A stretch of DNA of 64,000 bases from Octopus vulgaris (GCA_951406725.2 OX597823.1:69688001-69752000); one strand, 5' to 3'. Numbered from the stretch's first letter, positions 13,011 to 26,019 are shown. Numbers and translations are program-made. Notes: generated by a model from the letters alone, not told the origin.

Positions 13011-14037
13011 CTATAGCAAAATAACCAATAATATAATAAATGTTCCAGGATTGACCTTAACTTGCGACATTCAGTGCACTGGTGTCATGAGTTGCATGTA
13101 AATATTTGATGTCAAAATTTATTGATATAAGTGTACTCGTGCCAGGCACGACGACAGAATATTTCTATAATTCAGTTACTTTTTATGAACGTTCTAGAAT
13201 CCTAATGCGCATGATGACAATACACACTCACAAAAGAAATTGCATGCAAAAAATAACGACCAGAATCCATTACGTATAGAAAAATGTTACGAAGTTTATT
13301 AGCTGATAAGTGGAAAACATGTAAGTAGTATCTAGAAAACAAAAAGAAATATTTGGTAACGTCTTGTTGTAATTTAAATATAAGAAAATTATTTCAGCTG
13401 GTAAGAGGCTTTTTTTAAAAAAAAATTTGTTTGATTAGCTCTAAGAGAAGCATAATGAAACTAATTTGTTAAAAAGTAACAAAGACTTCGTTAGATCACA
13501 TTTTTCAGTATTACTTAAGATTCACACGGCGCGTACATGTAAAGATGTGTTCATGCAAGAAAATAAATATATATCTCATTACAACAATGTATACATATTG
13601 CATCTATGTGTGAGTATACTTGCACAAATGTACCTACGTACATAAGCACATACAAACGCGAACACGCACAAAAACTGCGGGGAAGATGGTTAGAAAGTGA
13701 GTGATTATATGATGAACATTTGCTCATAATATGTAGTTTTGTACACGTATGTTTCTCATCTGTTTTTTATTTTTTAAATTTTTCCTTAGAAGAAGGAGCT
13801 GGTTTCTAATGTATGTATGTATGGATGGATGGATAGATGGATGGATGGATGCATGCATGTATTCAGTTTATTTCTAGATTCTTGCCAATAGAGAAAGAAC
13901 CAGTTTCTAACCTAGATCCAAGTGTTTTTCATTGGAATTTCAACATCAACAACAGGGTATTTTTATTAGTATGTATGTATGTATGTATGTATGTATGTAT
14001 GTATGTATGTATGTATGTATGTATGTATGTATGTATG

Positions 14038-14141
14038 TAGAGACACTTGCTGCCAACCGCTCATCCTGGCGCAGCGCAATCACCGTGGGAGCAGGGACAG
14101 CCGAGGAGGGACGGATTCGGTCAGTGGAGCAGAAACGTCAG
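14038..14141 (+). mobile_element. About 100-bp RTE LINE ORF2 C-terminal fragment inside (TATG)n
   Basis: Encodes ETLAANRSSWRSAITVGAGTAEEGRIRSVEQKRQ, typical of the RTE C-terminus (WE.LA.DR..WR..I..G...AE..R....E.KR). Confidence 0.75.
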
Positions 14142-14475
14142 ATGTATGTATGCATGTATGTATGTACGTACGCACGCACGTACATATGTCAGTGCATCTG
14201 TGTGTATGTATATGTCAGGTCACTCTTAGTATTGCTAACTAAGTAACAGGTAACTAAGTACAACCTGTCGCATGGTCGGACAGTCGGTGACAAAACTGTC
14301 AACCCTATTTAGCTTACTCGCTAGGAAGCGTGGTCTCGTTGGAGACACTGCAGGGTGAAAAACAAAACCTATAAATGGGTGGATTAACTCCGTTGGGACT
14401 GAAATACCACAAACTTGCTGTTCGTGGTATAGAGGACAATCTAGCTGCGCTGTAATTTAAATATTTATATATACA

Positions 14476-14525
<50 letters not shown>

Positions 14526-14526
<1 letters not shown>

Positions 14527-14946
14527 TCTTACTCTCTTTTACTCTTTTACTTGTTTCAGTCATTTGACTGCGGCCATGCTGGAGCACCGCCTTTAGTCGA
14601 GCAAATCGACCCCGGGACTTATTCTTTGTAAGCCCAGTACTTATTCTATCGGTCTCTTTTGCCGAACCGCTAAGTGACGGGGACGTAAACACACCAGCAT
14701 CGGTTGTCAAGCAATGTTAACGGGGACAAACACAGACACATAAACATATACACACACACATACATATATATATATATAAATATATACGACAGGCTTCTTT
14801 CAGTTTCCGTCTACCAAATCCACTCACAAGGCTTTGGTCGGCCCGAGGCTATAGCAGAAGACACTTGCCCAAGATGCCACGCAGTGGGACTGAACGCGGA
14901 ACCATGTGGTTGGTTAGCAAGCTACTTACCACACAGCCACTCCTGC
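14526..14946 (-). mobile_element. tRNA-derived SINE, family B (about 420 bp, internal microsatellite)
   Basis: Reverse complement GCAGGAGTGGCTGTGTGGTAAG (A box)...GTTCAGTCCC (B box)...CTTGGGCAAGTGTCTT...CAGCATGGCCGCAGTCAAATGACTGAAACAAGTAAAAGAG tail; homologous copies elsewhere in the window. Confidence 0.92.
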
Positions 14947-15012
14947 ATGTATGTGTACACACGCGCGATTGAGTTCGTGCGTTTGTGTGTTGTGTGTATG
15001 TGTGTATGTACT

Positions 15013-15092
<80 letters not shown>

Positions 15093-15639
15093 TGTGTGTG
15101 TGTGTGAGTGAGTGTGTGTGTGTGTGAGTGTGTGTGTGTATACTGGAGTGCACACAGTTGCTCCATACATCTAAATATTGGACCTGCACTACACACAAAG
15201 ATAAAGAAATTATATTAAGGATTACTTCCATGATATTTGATCATCTGTATCGATTACGCTCTTGGCAGTTCTGAATATTTTAGATGTCAGCACTTCAGAA
15301 CGTTATGTTTGTTATTTTGCCAATGTTTGTCATTTTGTCGTGGAGACTTCCCACACTTGAGTATCATACGAAAAACAGGCCATTAACAAATTAGCATTAA
15401 TCTACATGCAGCCTAGCAGCTTTAAATGTTTACCCAAAGAACTGAATTAATTGCTTGACGTGTGAAAGCTCAGTTATTCTTTAAAAAACGATCCAAATCA
15501 AAATAGCATATCTGTTCGTATAAATGAATTCTGGGTACATTTGCATCCATTTTGTGGCGCATAAAATGAGACTAGTGGTGCTGTTATCACGTAGCATCCA
15601 TTTCTTTATCATTTGTTTTTTGCTATTTCTACCGGTTCC

Positions 15640-15795
15640 TTACGTTCAGTGTTCAAATTCCGCCGAGGTCGATTTTGCCTTTCATACTCTCGAGATCGAT
15701 AAAATAGGTAAAATTCAAGTACTAGGGTCGATGTAGTCGATTAACCTTATCTCCTAAAATTGTTGGCCACGTACCAAAATTAGGAAGAATAATTA
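15640..15795 (+). mobile_element. SINE family A, 5'-truncated
   Basis: GTTCAAATTCCGCCGAGGTCGATTTTGCCTTTCAT...GTCGATGTAGTCGA. Confidence 0.8.
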
Positions 15796-16446
15796 AGGCT
15801 CTGTCCCCCCCACCCTGAAATCTGTGTTGTAGTAGGCGCAGAGATTCCTATAGATTTGAAAACTGTAGGATAACGGATAAAAAAATTAGTTTTCTAATCA
15901 CATAGTGACTATTGATGTGTAGAGATAAATATTTCCTTGAAATGCTTGCAGCAAATACTAGCTAATGCCGTTAAGCCAAACAATTTTACGTACAACCATT
16001 TCTGTGTCAGTTAACGTTTGAAGTTGAGAACACCTTCGTTATCAATTCATCTGCAGTATTAAGAATTATGCTTATGGGAGCTGCACTATTGGCATTATAT
16101 CTGCCCGAAGAAAAATTACGCCCTGCAACCAATTACACATTTTTGGCAAAATAACCAGGCAGTTGATCTTCAAACACATTGATTCTCATATTTGTAAACA
16201 GTTTGAAAATTCTAAGCATAGTCCTGATTTTTTCAACTTTTGTTCTGGTGAATATTAGTAGCTGTGTCTGATGGAAGTAACCGCGCAGTGCAAATACTAC
16301 TCCTCGCTTTTGAAAGTAGTTTTCACGAAAATCTGCAACCAGACATTGTTAACCAATGCTTATTCGTCTCAGATGATCACACGATATCTCATAGGAGATA
16401 CCGCACTCAATCTATATATACATAATGCATACACACGTGTTTATAT

Positions 16447-16540
<94 letters not shown>

Positions 16541-16644
16541 TTTAGAGATAGAAGTCTCCATGCAATTCATCAAATCCTAATATACATCACACCATATCAT
16601 AGAATTTTGTTTTAATACTTACTATTTCAGTTCCAAATTTCTCT

Positions 16645-16738
16645 TCTACACTTGTTTCATGAGGTGCGTTTAACGTTCCCGAGACACTCAGTCTTTTTCA
16701 GAAACATGTATTAACTGCAACCCCAATCATCAGGACTC
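16645..16738 (-). ncRNA. Hammerhead-like motif with long stem II
   Basis: Reverse complement GAGTC-CTGATGA-T-TGGGGTTGCAGTTAA...TTAAACGCACCTCA-T-GAAA-CAAGTG-TA-GA; stem I pairs for only 2 bp. Confidence 0.5.
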
Positions 16739-17019
16739 TCCATAACATATTTATAATTCTATAACTATTCCTATATTTTTATATTTTATCAGTTACGAAT
16801 CTAACAAACAAACATGCGGGTGTGCAAAATTCGCCAAACCTTGCCGTGTAAGCCATAATTTAATTAATTAAAATTTTATTTGCACACCCGCATATTTGTT
16901 CGTTAGTTACATTCGTAACTAATAAAATATAAAAAAATATAGGAATAGTTATAGAATTACAAATAAGTTATGGAGAGTCCTGATGATTGGGGTTGCAGTT
17001 AAGTCATGTTTCTGAAAAA
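16694..17019. repeat. Fold-back inverted repeat, arms about 135-140 bp, spacer about 47 bp
   Basis: TTTTTCAGAAACATG...GTGTGCAAA is mirrored by TTTGCACACCCGCA...CATGTTTCTGAAAAA. Confidence 0.92.
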
Positions 17020-18249
17020 CTTGCTGACGAAGGTGGCTAACGAAGGTGGCTAGATGCATATAAAACCATAAAGGAAAAATTTATTTCTCCCTAATAATGA
17101 TTGAGGATGCAGAGTAACACCTATATTGCAAGAAACAAGAGTCAAAGATGCTCATAATTTATTCAATAAAAAAAAATAACAATCCGTTATATGCAGCAAA
17201 TGCAGTGTTAGATTAAATTAGCAATTTATGTATCATGTTCAGTATAAATACTTCGTCAATAGGAAAGTTATAGCAGCATTGATCCGGAGAAAATATCTAT
17301 GACGGTTCTGTGTTTAAAAACATTGTGGCGTATAAAGGACTTTTATTCAACCGGGCAGCTAATTGTAGCGCTACTGATTGTTAAATTTTCAATTAACAAT
17401 GACTGGTGGGAGGTGTATATCTCTAGCATGAGGGAGCATCAAGTTATATAAGTCCAAGTATATGAAACAAAATACTGTTGTTCTCGCTTGTTCTTGCATC
17501 TGGATTTGGGAGTTGATATATTCTTAAAGAGAAAACTACAAAGTCACTAGCTATAAAGAACAGGTGGCAAAGGCAAATGAAAACGCCTGTCAGTGACAGT
17601 TGAGAAGAAACCAGTGTGGTTTTGGAGGAAAAAGAAACGATAACTGGGACAGAAAAGGAATACAGCAAATCACTAAACATGGTAGGAAGGAAACCCAGTT
17701 TGTGCAGTGGTGATTGTTACCAAGCACTAAGCATACCCAAAGGTTCCGAGTTCAATCGCGACTAACGGTGGCATTTAGATAACAGCAGGGGGATACTTAG
17801 GAGTCACTACCTAGGTGCATCCGGCACTCTTAGAGCGCCAGGAACGGGCCCAAATACTTGTGTCATGGGAGTTCTTCTGAAGATTTCCCTCTCTGTTTTC
17901 CTTCCACCCATTTAATTTTTGTCTTTAAAGACGTTGTTTTATTTTACACTGATAGATATGATGCTAAAGATTCACACGCTTATGCTGATTGCTGACTGCA
18001 TTTTTGAAAAGTATGGGTGGGTCACAAGATGTGTGTTTCTGTATGCCAGTTTTTTTTTTTTTTGCTTTATTTAGATTATAATAATGCACCTATGTGTTGC
18101 TGCCTAAGTTAAGGGAGACATAAAACTGTTAGCCATTTTTTATAGACATATTCCCTTTCAAAGCATGTTGTCTTCCTGATTTTCCGTCATATTCTGTCAT
18201 CTATATCAACATATCTTTTAGCGAAGTATAGAAACCTACCAAGTGGGAA

Positions 18250-18360
18250 AATAAGTTGTCTACGGGAAGATATCAACTACGTATGAGTGTATGTATAGAG
18301 TAGATATCAACTATGTATAAGTGTATCTACGGATAGATATCAACTATGGATAAGTGTATG
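18250..18360. repeat. About 33-bp minisatellite, about 3 copies
   Basis: AGATATCAACTAYGKATRAGTGTATSTA repeated. Confidence 0.85.
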
Positions 18361-19290
18361 CATAAAGAGTTTATATTGCATAGAGTATACAAACACTTTA
18401 ACTTCTCTAGTTAATTTAAGGTGCAGATCCACATGCAAGTCCATAAATGGATGTCAGATCTAACCTACCCCACATAGCTTCTAGCAAACAATGATTTGTG
18501 GCCGAAGTATATGCCTTTGATTACTAATCCATATTTTGTAAAAAGTTATTATTACTTCAATCTACATACGACCCAGTAGCAAGTATTGAAAATCCAATTT
18601 CTGTTAAATGGATTTCCTATCTGTCAATTCTCCTTATGCTTCCATTAATAACATTGTATACGATTTTCAATAATATATCAGCCTCAATAAAAATGCCTTT
18701 GTGTATGATTTACTTTTCATTACGTACAATACAATACACAGTGATGTAGTGTTTGAAATCTTCTCAATATTCTTCCTTGATATTCCTGGTAATCATAATT
18801 ATCAGCAACCCTTCTTTAGAAATTATATCTTCTTCCAAGAAATGACCGACTTGAATTCAGTTACTTATTTGCATTAACAATTTCAACCTGCATTACTGAG
18901 TCTCACTTTATTTTAATTATTGTTATCGTATTCAGTATCAGCCTTACTTGAGATTAAGTTATTTTATTCGAAAGCAAGAAGTTTGATCTCATTTAAGAAG
19001 TTTGATCGTAATGAAATATTAAGATTTGAAGAATAGTGTGTATGTTAACTTTTTGATCATAGAATTGCAAATGACTGAACTTCTTCGCAATTACTTATTT
19101 GAAGACAGCTCTCTACAAGAGGAGTTAGTCACTTTGTATTTAGTGATATTTGTGCTGTTGCCGTCCATACTTGGTCAGACACATTGTGTAAGATCGGAGA
19201 ATCAATTGCTTAGCTGTGATCAATGAACTCAACGAACTAATTATGGCCCCAGACAAATTAATGACATCAACTTAATCTTTAGTTTTTTAT

Positions 19291-19329
<39 letters not shown>

Positions 19330-19404
19330 CATACGTACACATATGTACATGCATACATGCATATACTCTCTCTCTCTCTCTCACACACATACATACATGC
19401 ATAC

Positions 19405-19453
<49 letters not shown>

Positions 19454-19619
19454 AGTAGTTGAATGAATTATCCTTCATTATTCTCATTAGGAGAGACAAG
19501 GAACTTATGTCAGCATCAAGATGAACAAAAACTCTTAGATGACTGCCCACTCGGAGTCCATAGCGATAATGTCGAGAATAAAAGAATTTTATTAAATCGT
19601 CGTTCAACTCCATTCTTTC

Positions 19620-19683
<64 letters not shown>

Positions 19684-21004
19684 ATATCTTTTCAAGATAA
19701 TTTTCAGTGACTAGTAAGAATACATCTTGAATTGCAATTGTCTGTATCGTGTATATAACCTACCATTTCCAATTGTTTGCCATCTCCTGTGATTATATAT
19801 GTCCGTAATTAAAAACGCACCTGGAATAGGTTTATATTTGAAGACATACATATAAGCACGCATATATGTGTGTGTGCGAGTATATTTATTCTGGGTACAC
19901 AAGTGGAAGATACAGTAGTCAATTCATGTAGAAGAGTGTTTGTATTATTCATTACAAGTTACTGATTTCTTTTTATTATTTCCTGTTTTCTCATATGTGA
20001 CTCTCTCTTTCTCTCTATGCATGAATGTATGTATGTATGTATGTACGCATGCATGCATGCATGTATGTATGTATGTATTTGTACATATCTATATATGATA
20101 CTTTTTAAAATCGGATATCTATTGTGCATAATCTTATTAAATAAATCTCCCCGTTCCCTGAATACGAAATAATTCTTTGCCTGGAAACACTTTTACTGCT
20201 TATTCCATTTAAGTATGATTGGAATATATTTAGACTTGTATCGGAATGGTAGTATTGGAGACTAATCCACCATAACTTCTGTTCGTTGGCACGTCGAATA
20301 GGCACTATTCTCTTTTTATTTGGTGAAAGAGTTTATCGCCACACCGTACACTTGAGTCTAACCACTCCTTGACCTGCAGTCTATTGTTTATAACCAACAA
20401 GTAAACAACTCTGTAGAACTCATATATTTTGAATAACATGTCTAAATATTGAAATATTTCAGCTTAAATTATAAATATTTCCAAACTTTGTATAATTGTT
20501 TTAAAGCTAAAATGAGAATAAAATTAATCAGCTAAATAATGGAAACATACAAAATTAATTAGCAATTATTAAGAAATTAATTAAAAAATCATACAAAATT
20601 AATGAAATACTGAAATTCTACTGTTATTTTCAAAACAATAAACATGTTGGAAGTTTATTGAGGTCCACGAAATCTGTAATTTCTTTTAAAGTTATATATT
20701 TCTGAAACGTTTACTTCGAGGTGTATAGTAAACATACATTGTACTAAAGATACTGTTTTATAACAGAACACTATATTTTGCTAGACATTTGCCATACATG
20801 ATGCTATCCACATTTGCATACACTCGAAGCGTCTTCAACCAGTAAAGATGTTATCTATTGATTTATATCTTTACGTCAATAAGTAAAACGGTTTTAAGAA
20901 TGCAACAAATCGATGACATACTTGGTAAAATTATTTTTATGGTGCGACTGCGTTGGTACATCTTTAAAGAATTTTAATGTCTTATATAGTTAATATTACA
21001 TCAC

Positions 21005-21129
<125 letters not shown>

Positions 21130-21199
21130 ATAAAAATGGTAAGGCAACAAAAGAATGAAAGAGACCTCGATATTATGTAAATAGAGGAATTTCTTCCGA

Positions 21200-21273
21200 T
21201 GGCCGGATAACTGAAGAGATAGCGGCGTGGATTTCCACCTCGGCGTCCGAAACTCGGAGTTTTATCATGGCTA
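21200..21273 (+). ncRNA. Type I hammerhead ribozyme candidate, canonical core
   Basis: Stem I TGGCCG-GATAA/TTATC-A-TGGCTA, core CTGAAGA, stem II with GTGGA/TCCAC closed by G-C, GAAA, stem III CTC-G-GAG, cleavage triplet GUU. Confidence 0.75.
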
Positions 21274-21316
21274 CCGAATAATTGTCATATATTACATTTA
21301 CAGATATATATATATA

Positions 21317-21480
21317 GGTTAATCCTTCTACATTTTTTCGCTCCGCGTTTTTTCTTTTTCTGTTTTCGTTCTGTCTCCATTCTTCGCCTCTCAATACTTT
21401 CAGCCGAAGAGCGTAGACTCGAAACTTCATAGACTTTTCCATTCTTCCACAAAGTCAAACTAATATACCTGCTTGTTAGA
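21317..21480 (+). mobile_element. Short (TA)n-associated element with a decayed minimal hammerhead
   Basis: TTT-CAGCCGA-A-GAGCGTAGACTC-GAAA-CT-TC-ATAGAC; shares AAACTAATAyACCTGCTTGTT with the 9327-9530 copy. Confidence 0.6.
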
Positions 21481-21687
21481 AAGAACATCTTAGTACCGGT
21501 TTCATCCTTTGTGACTTTTTCAAAGCATGGAAAGTAAAGCATGAAAGACAATTATATTGTGAAAAATTAAATGAAATGTTTTTTCAATATATTTACATAG
21601 TTTTCAAATGCAAAGGGCATTTTCCCTTTTTCTCTCTGTCTCTATATTTCACTTTTACTCGTGTGAGATCTTGGTAGCAGGTAGCAG

Positions 21688-21764
<77 letters not shown>

Positions 21765-21926
21765 TCTAATATGAGTTCTTGGTTTTGATTCTCTAAGCAG
21801 CAGTAGTAGCTGAGAAAGGAGGCGATGTAGAAGACGAAGAAGAAGAAGAAGAAGAAGAAGAAGAAGAAGAAGAAGAAGAAGAAGAAGAAGAAGAAGAAGA
21901 AGAAGAAGAAGAAGAAGAAGAAGAAG
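21688..21926. repeat. (GTA)n and (GAA)n microsatellites
   Basis: Direct observation. Confidence 0.97.
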
Positions 21927-21962
21927 AGGGAGCATGAAAAGGAAAGAAAGAATAATATATAT

Positions 21963-22056
21963 ATTTATTTTATAGAAGGAGCTTCTACAGGACTAGAACT
22001 GTTTCATTCAAATGAAACAGTTCTAGTCCTGTAGAAGCTCCTTCTATAAAATAAAT
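21963..22056. repeat. Perfect palindrome, 46-bp arms, 2-nt spacer
   Basis: ATTTATTTTATAGAAGGAGCTTCTACAGGACTAGAACTGTTTCATT-CA-AATGAAACAGTTCTAGTCCTGTAGAAGCTCCTTCTATAAAATAAAT. Confidence 0.97.
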
Positions 22057-22726
22057 TAATTTACTCTGCTATGTATTGAGTACCTTATTTACTGTGGTTA
22101 ACCCCGACTCAACCCGGGACCTACATATATATATATATATATAATGGTAAGATCCAAGAATCAAGGTGTAGACACACAGACATACACACACATACACACA
22201 CATGTATATGTAATATTTACATATATATATATGTATTTGTAGCGCAATATATGGATTCATGAAATCATGTGGCGGTCGAACTAAGCTCCTCTAATAGACC
22301 TGGCTACCATACTACATATTATTCTAGTACAAAGGAGTGTAATGTAGAGTTCTATGCAACTTTTATGCTGCAATAGTACCTTCTGTTCATATTAAAGTAT
22401 TTTACATGGCTGCACCAGTATCCATGCTGTACATTGCACAGTACAATTCTACAATTACATATCAATGCAGATACAGAAGGCTAGCTCTTCGGATCAGCAG
22501 AACATCATGGTTACACCAATATTTCAACTCTGAGATGATGAGGATGATGATGCTGGCAGTAGTCATCGCCGTTGTCAGTCTCTGATGCTATAAGAATCAG
22601 GATTGTGGGAATGCTGAGGTAGAAATCCATTTTAAAAAAAACAAAACAAAAAAGAAAGAAAAAAGATGGGTACGTTGGTGGATAGGAGAAATATTAAAGG
22701 AAATAAAATGGTGACGATGATGATGC

Positions 22727-22765
<39 letters not shown>

Positions 22766-23254
22766 TATTATTGTTGTTGTTGTTGTTTTTTTTTTGTTGT
22801 TGTTGTTGTTGATGATGATGTTTTTAATGTTGCTATAATTATTTTGATGATGATGATGATGAGGATGATTTTAGGTGACAAACAGAGATTTGTTCAGTGT
22901 TTCATCTCGGAAAAAAACAAAACACATTTCTTCGCTACCACTTTTACTGCTACTGCTGCTGCGACTCCTGCTGCTTCTGCTGCATCTTTTCATGTTGTTA
23001 TCTCACGTCTGTTATTATTTTTTTTTTCCTGCCGATCCCTCAGATGTCAGACTTTCTCTCATCGTCACCGCCTTCCTCTCCTATTTCATCCCTTCAAATG
23101 GAACTGGTGCCATGAATTATCTCTTTATGAAATAACACACTATTTCTGATGGAGTGGTGTGGTCGTAGCAACCTGGATAGATGCAGGGACGGAGTAATGA
23201 CAATGGAGTGTGGACATCGGTGTTGTAATTTCTGGGTATTGATGTTGGTAGCTA

Positions 23255-24575
23255 TGATGTTGTTGTTGTTGTTATGGTGGCGGTAGTTGTGGTGGTAGTG
23301 GTGGTGGTGAAGGTTATGGTGTTGTTGGTGGTGGTAGTGCTGGTAGTGCTGGTAGTGGTGGTGGTGATGGTTGTGGTGGTGGTGGTAGTGGTGGTGATGG
23401 TGATGATTGTGGTGGTGGTGGTAGTGGTGGTAGTGGAGGTAGTGTTGGTAGTGGTGGTGTTGATGGTTGTGGTGGTGGTGGTGGTGGTGGTGGTGATGAT
23501 TGTGGTGGTGGTGGTAGTGGTGGTAGTGGTGGTAGTGGTGGTTGTGCTAGAGGTTTTGGTGGTAGTGGTGGTAGTGGTGGTAGTGGTGGTTGTGCTAGAG
23601 GTTTTGGTGGTAGTGGTGGTAGTGGTGGTAGTGGTGGTAGTGGTGGTAGTGGTGGTAGTGGTGGTTGTGCTAGAGGTTTTGGTGGTAGTGGTGGTAGTGG
23701 TTGTGGTGGTGGTGGTGGTAGTGGTGGTGGTGGTAGAGGTTGTGGTGGTAGTGGTGGTGGTAGTGGTAGTGGTGGTATTGGTGGTGGTGGTATATGTTGT
23801 GGTGGTAGTGGTGGTGGTAGTGGTAGTGGTGGTGGTGGTTGTGGTGGTGGTGATGATTGTGGTGGTGGTAGTGGTAGATGTTGTGGTGGTAATGGTGGTG
23901 GTGGTAGTGGTTGTGGTGGTAGTGATGGTGGTGGTGGTGGTGGTGTTCGTTATGGTGGTGATGCTGTTTGTAGTGTTGGTAGTGGTGGTGGTGATGGTGG
24001 TGGTGGTGGTGGTGGTAGTGGTGGTGGTGGTGGTGGTAGTGGTGGTGGTGGTGTGGTGGTGGTGGTGGTGTGGTGGTTGTGGTGGTGGTTGTGGTGGTGC
24101 TAGTGGTAGTGATGGTTGTAGGGGTGGTGGTGGTGGTGATGATGGTGTGATGGCAGTTGCTGTTACTGCTAGAGATGCTGCTATTGGTGATACTCCTGCT
24201 GGTGATGCAGCCGCTGGAGATACTGCTGCTGCTGATGATGATGATAATAACGAGAAGGAGGATGACGATGATGATGATAATGATGACGATGATGATGATG
24301 ACGATGATGGTGATGACGACGACAACGATATGATGGCGATAGTGATGACGACGACACAGCGACGAAGATGGTGATGACGATGACAACAACACGACGACGA
24401 TGATGACGATGACGACGTCGCGATGACAATGATGATGATGATGATGATCATGAGGAGGAGGAGGAGGGGAAAGGGAGGGGATGACGATAGCTGTGATGAT
24501 GATAATGATAATGATGACGATGATGATGATGATGATGAGGAGGAGGAGGAGGAGGAGGATGACAATGATGATGAT
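23255..24575. repeat. Long degenerate trinucleotide tract (GTG/GTA)n followed by (GAT/GAC/GAG)n
   Basis: About 1.3 kb of in-phase triplets; source of the poly-V/T/S/D ORFs. Confidence 0.95.
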
Positions 24576-25127
24576 TGCGTTAACTGACTTTTCAGTTTTT
24601 CCATCGGAGATACAACTGAAGCTATGGCCATTTGCGATGGAATTTGGAATCAGACAGGTGATGCATATTAATTTACTGATAAATAAAAATCTGGAAAAAA
24701 AAAACAGAGCTATATCAGGAGGTTAAAGGCATACCTAATGCATAAGAACCTATACAGATAAGAAGAGTTGTAAATGTGTTTCATTAACAATAAAAAAAAG
24801 AAAAATGAAATGAAAAGTTGTTTTCATTACTTACACACCTCTGTAACGTGTGTTCGTGTGTGTACGTGCGCGTGTGTATTCGTGCGTGTGGTGTATATCA
24901 CTCTATTTTGTCATATATATATATATATATATATACATATATATACAATTTCAAAATTAGGATAAAATCTTTATAAGAATTTATCAAGTAGTTAGCGTGA
25001 AAAACCTCATAAGAGAAAAAAAAGCCATCAAGTTTTCTCTTAAAAATATTTATTTGTATTATATATAGGGCATTACTATACATTAATGCCACACGCTAGG
25101 AGGGATTCTTAAGGTCAAAACTACCAA

Positions 25128-25618
25128 AATAAATAAACACATAGTATTGAATGCGAGGGAATGTAACTCTCGAAGCGAGCCTTTTAAAAACAGAATTCAG
25201 CTGCAATTTACATGATTTCACAATAAGTGCAGAAATGCACTTTTTCATCGTCAGTTCAAGCATAATTCAAGATTTATAACGAATGAACAAAAATCAACAT
25301 ACCAGCTGAACACCCAATGTATCCAGCATGGCATATAGAAATGTTCAACCTTTATACATCTATGTAAAAGCCGGCCTTTTACATAGATGTATAAAGGTTT
25401 AACATTCCTATATGCTACGCTGGATACATTGGGTGTTCATCTGGTATGTTGATTTTTGTTCATTCGTTATAAATCTTGAATTATGCTTGAACTGACGATG
25501 AAAAAGTGCATTTCTGCACTAATTATGAAATCATTTGATTTGCAGCTGAATTCCGTTTTTAAAAGGCCCGCTTCAAGAGTTGCATTCCCTCGCATTCGAT
25601 ACTATGTGTTTATTTATT
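25128..25618. repeat. Large near-perfect palindrome, arms about 243 bp
   Basis: Centre ...ATGTAAAAG-CCGGC-CTTTTACAT...; the arms align out to AATAAATAAACAC/GTGTTTATTTATT with scattered substitutions. Confidence 0.95.
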
Positions 25619-26019
25619 ATGTTGCACAGGAAACAAGAATATAACTGGTAACTTCAATGTTGATAGAAAATGATAAAGAGTAAAACAAACAAAAAACATT
25701 ATTTTTTAATTTGAACTCAATACATAAATATATCTTTCATTCGAATTTAAATTTCATTTCTTTACCCCCACCCACTCTCCAGGTTTCGATGTGAATTTAA
25801 TTTGTTTAAATAAACGTCACAGTCTGAAATTGGTAATTAAACTAATTATGATTTATAAAAATAGGCCGAGAGCAAAACATCGCAAAAGTTACCGATAATT
25901 AACTACAATTAATCGATACAACCTTAAGCAGAATATTTTTTTAGTAAAAGCTAAAGAACGAAAAACGAACTAGAATCCAGTTTTGTTTCTATCCATAATG
26001 TTTCTATCATCAACCTCTA

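Noticed and set aside
14225-14460. Scattered hammerhead-like halves
   Set aside because: The pieces are on opposite strands or out of order, and the core is degenerate.
19450-19620. (TA)n-flanked insert with CTAATGA on the minus strand
   Set aside because: No properly placed GAAA or stem I could be assigned.
23252-24631. 459-aa and 366-aa ORFs (poly-Ser/Thr, poly-Val)
   Set aside because: They are products of trinucleotide repeats that lack stops on both strands; no complex domain or splice evidence.
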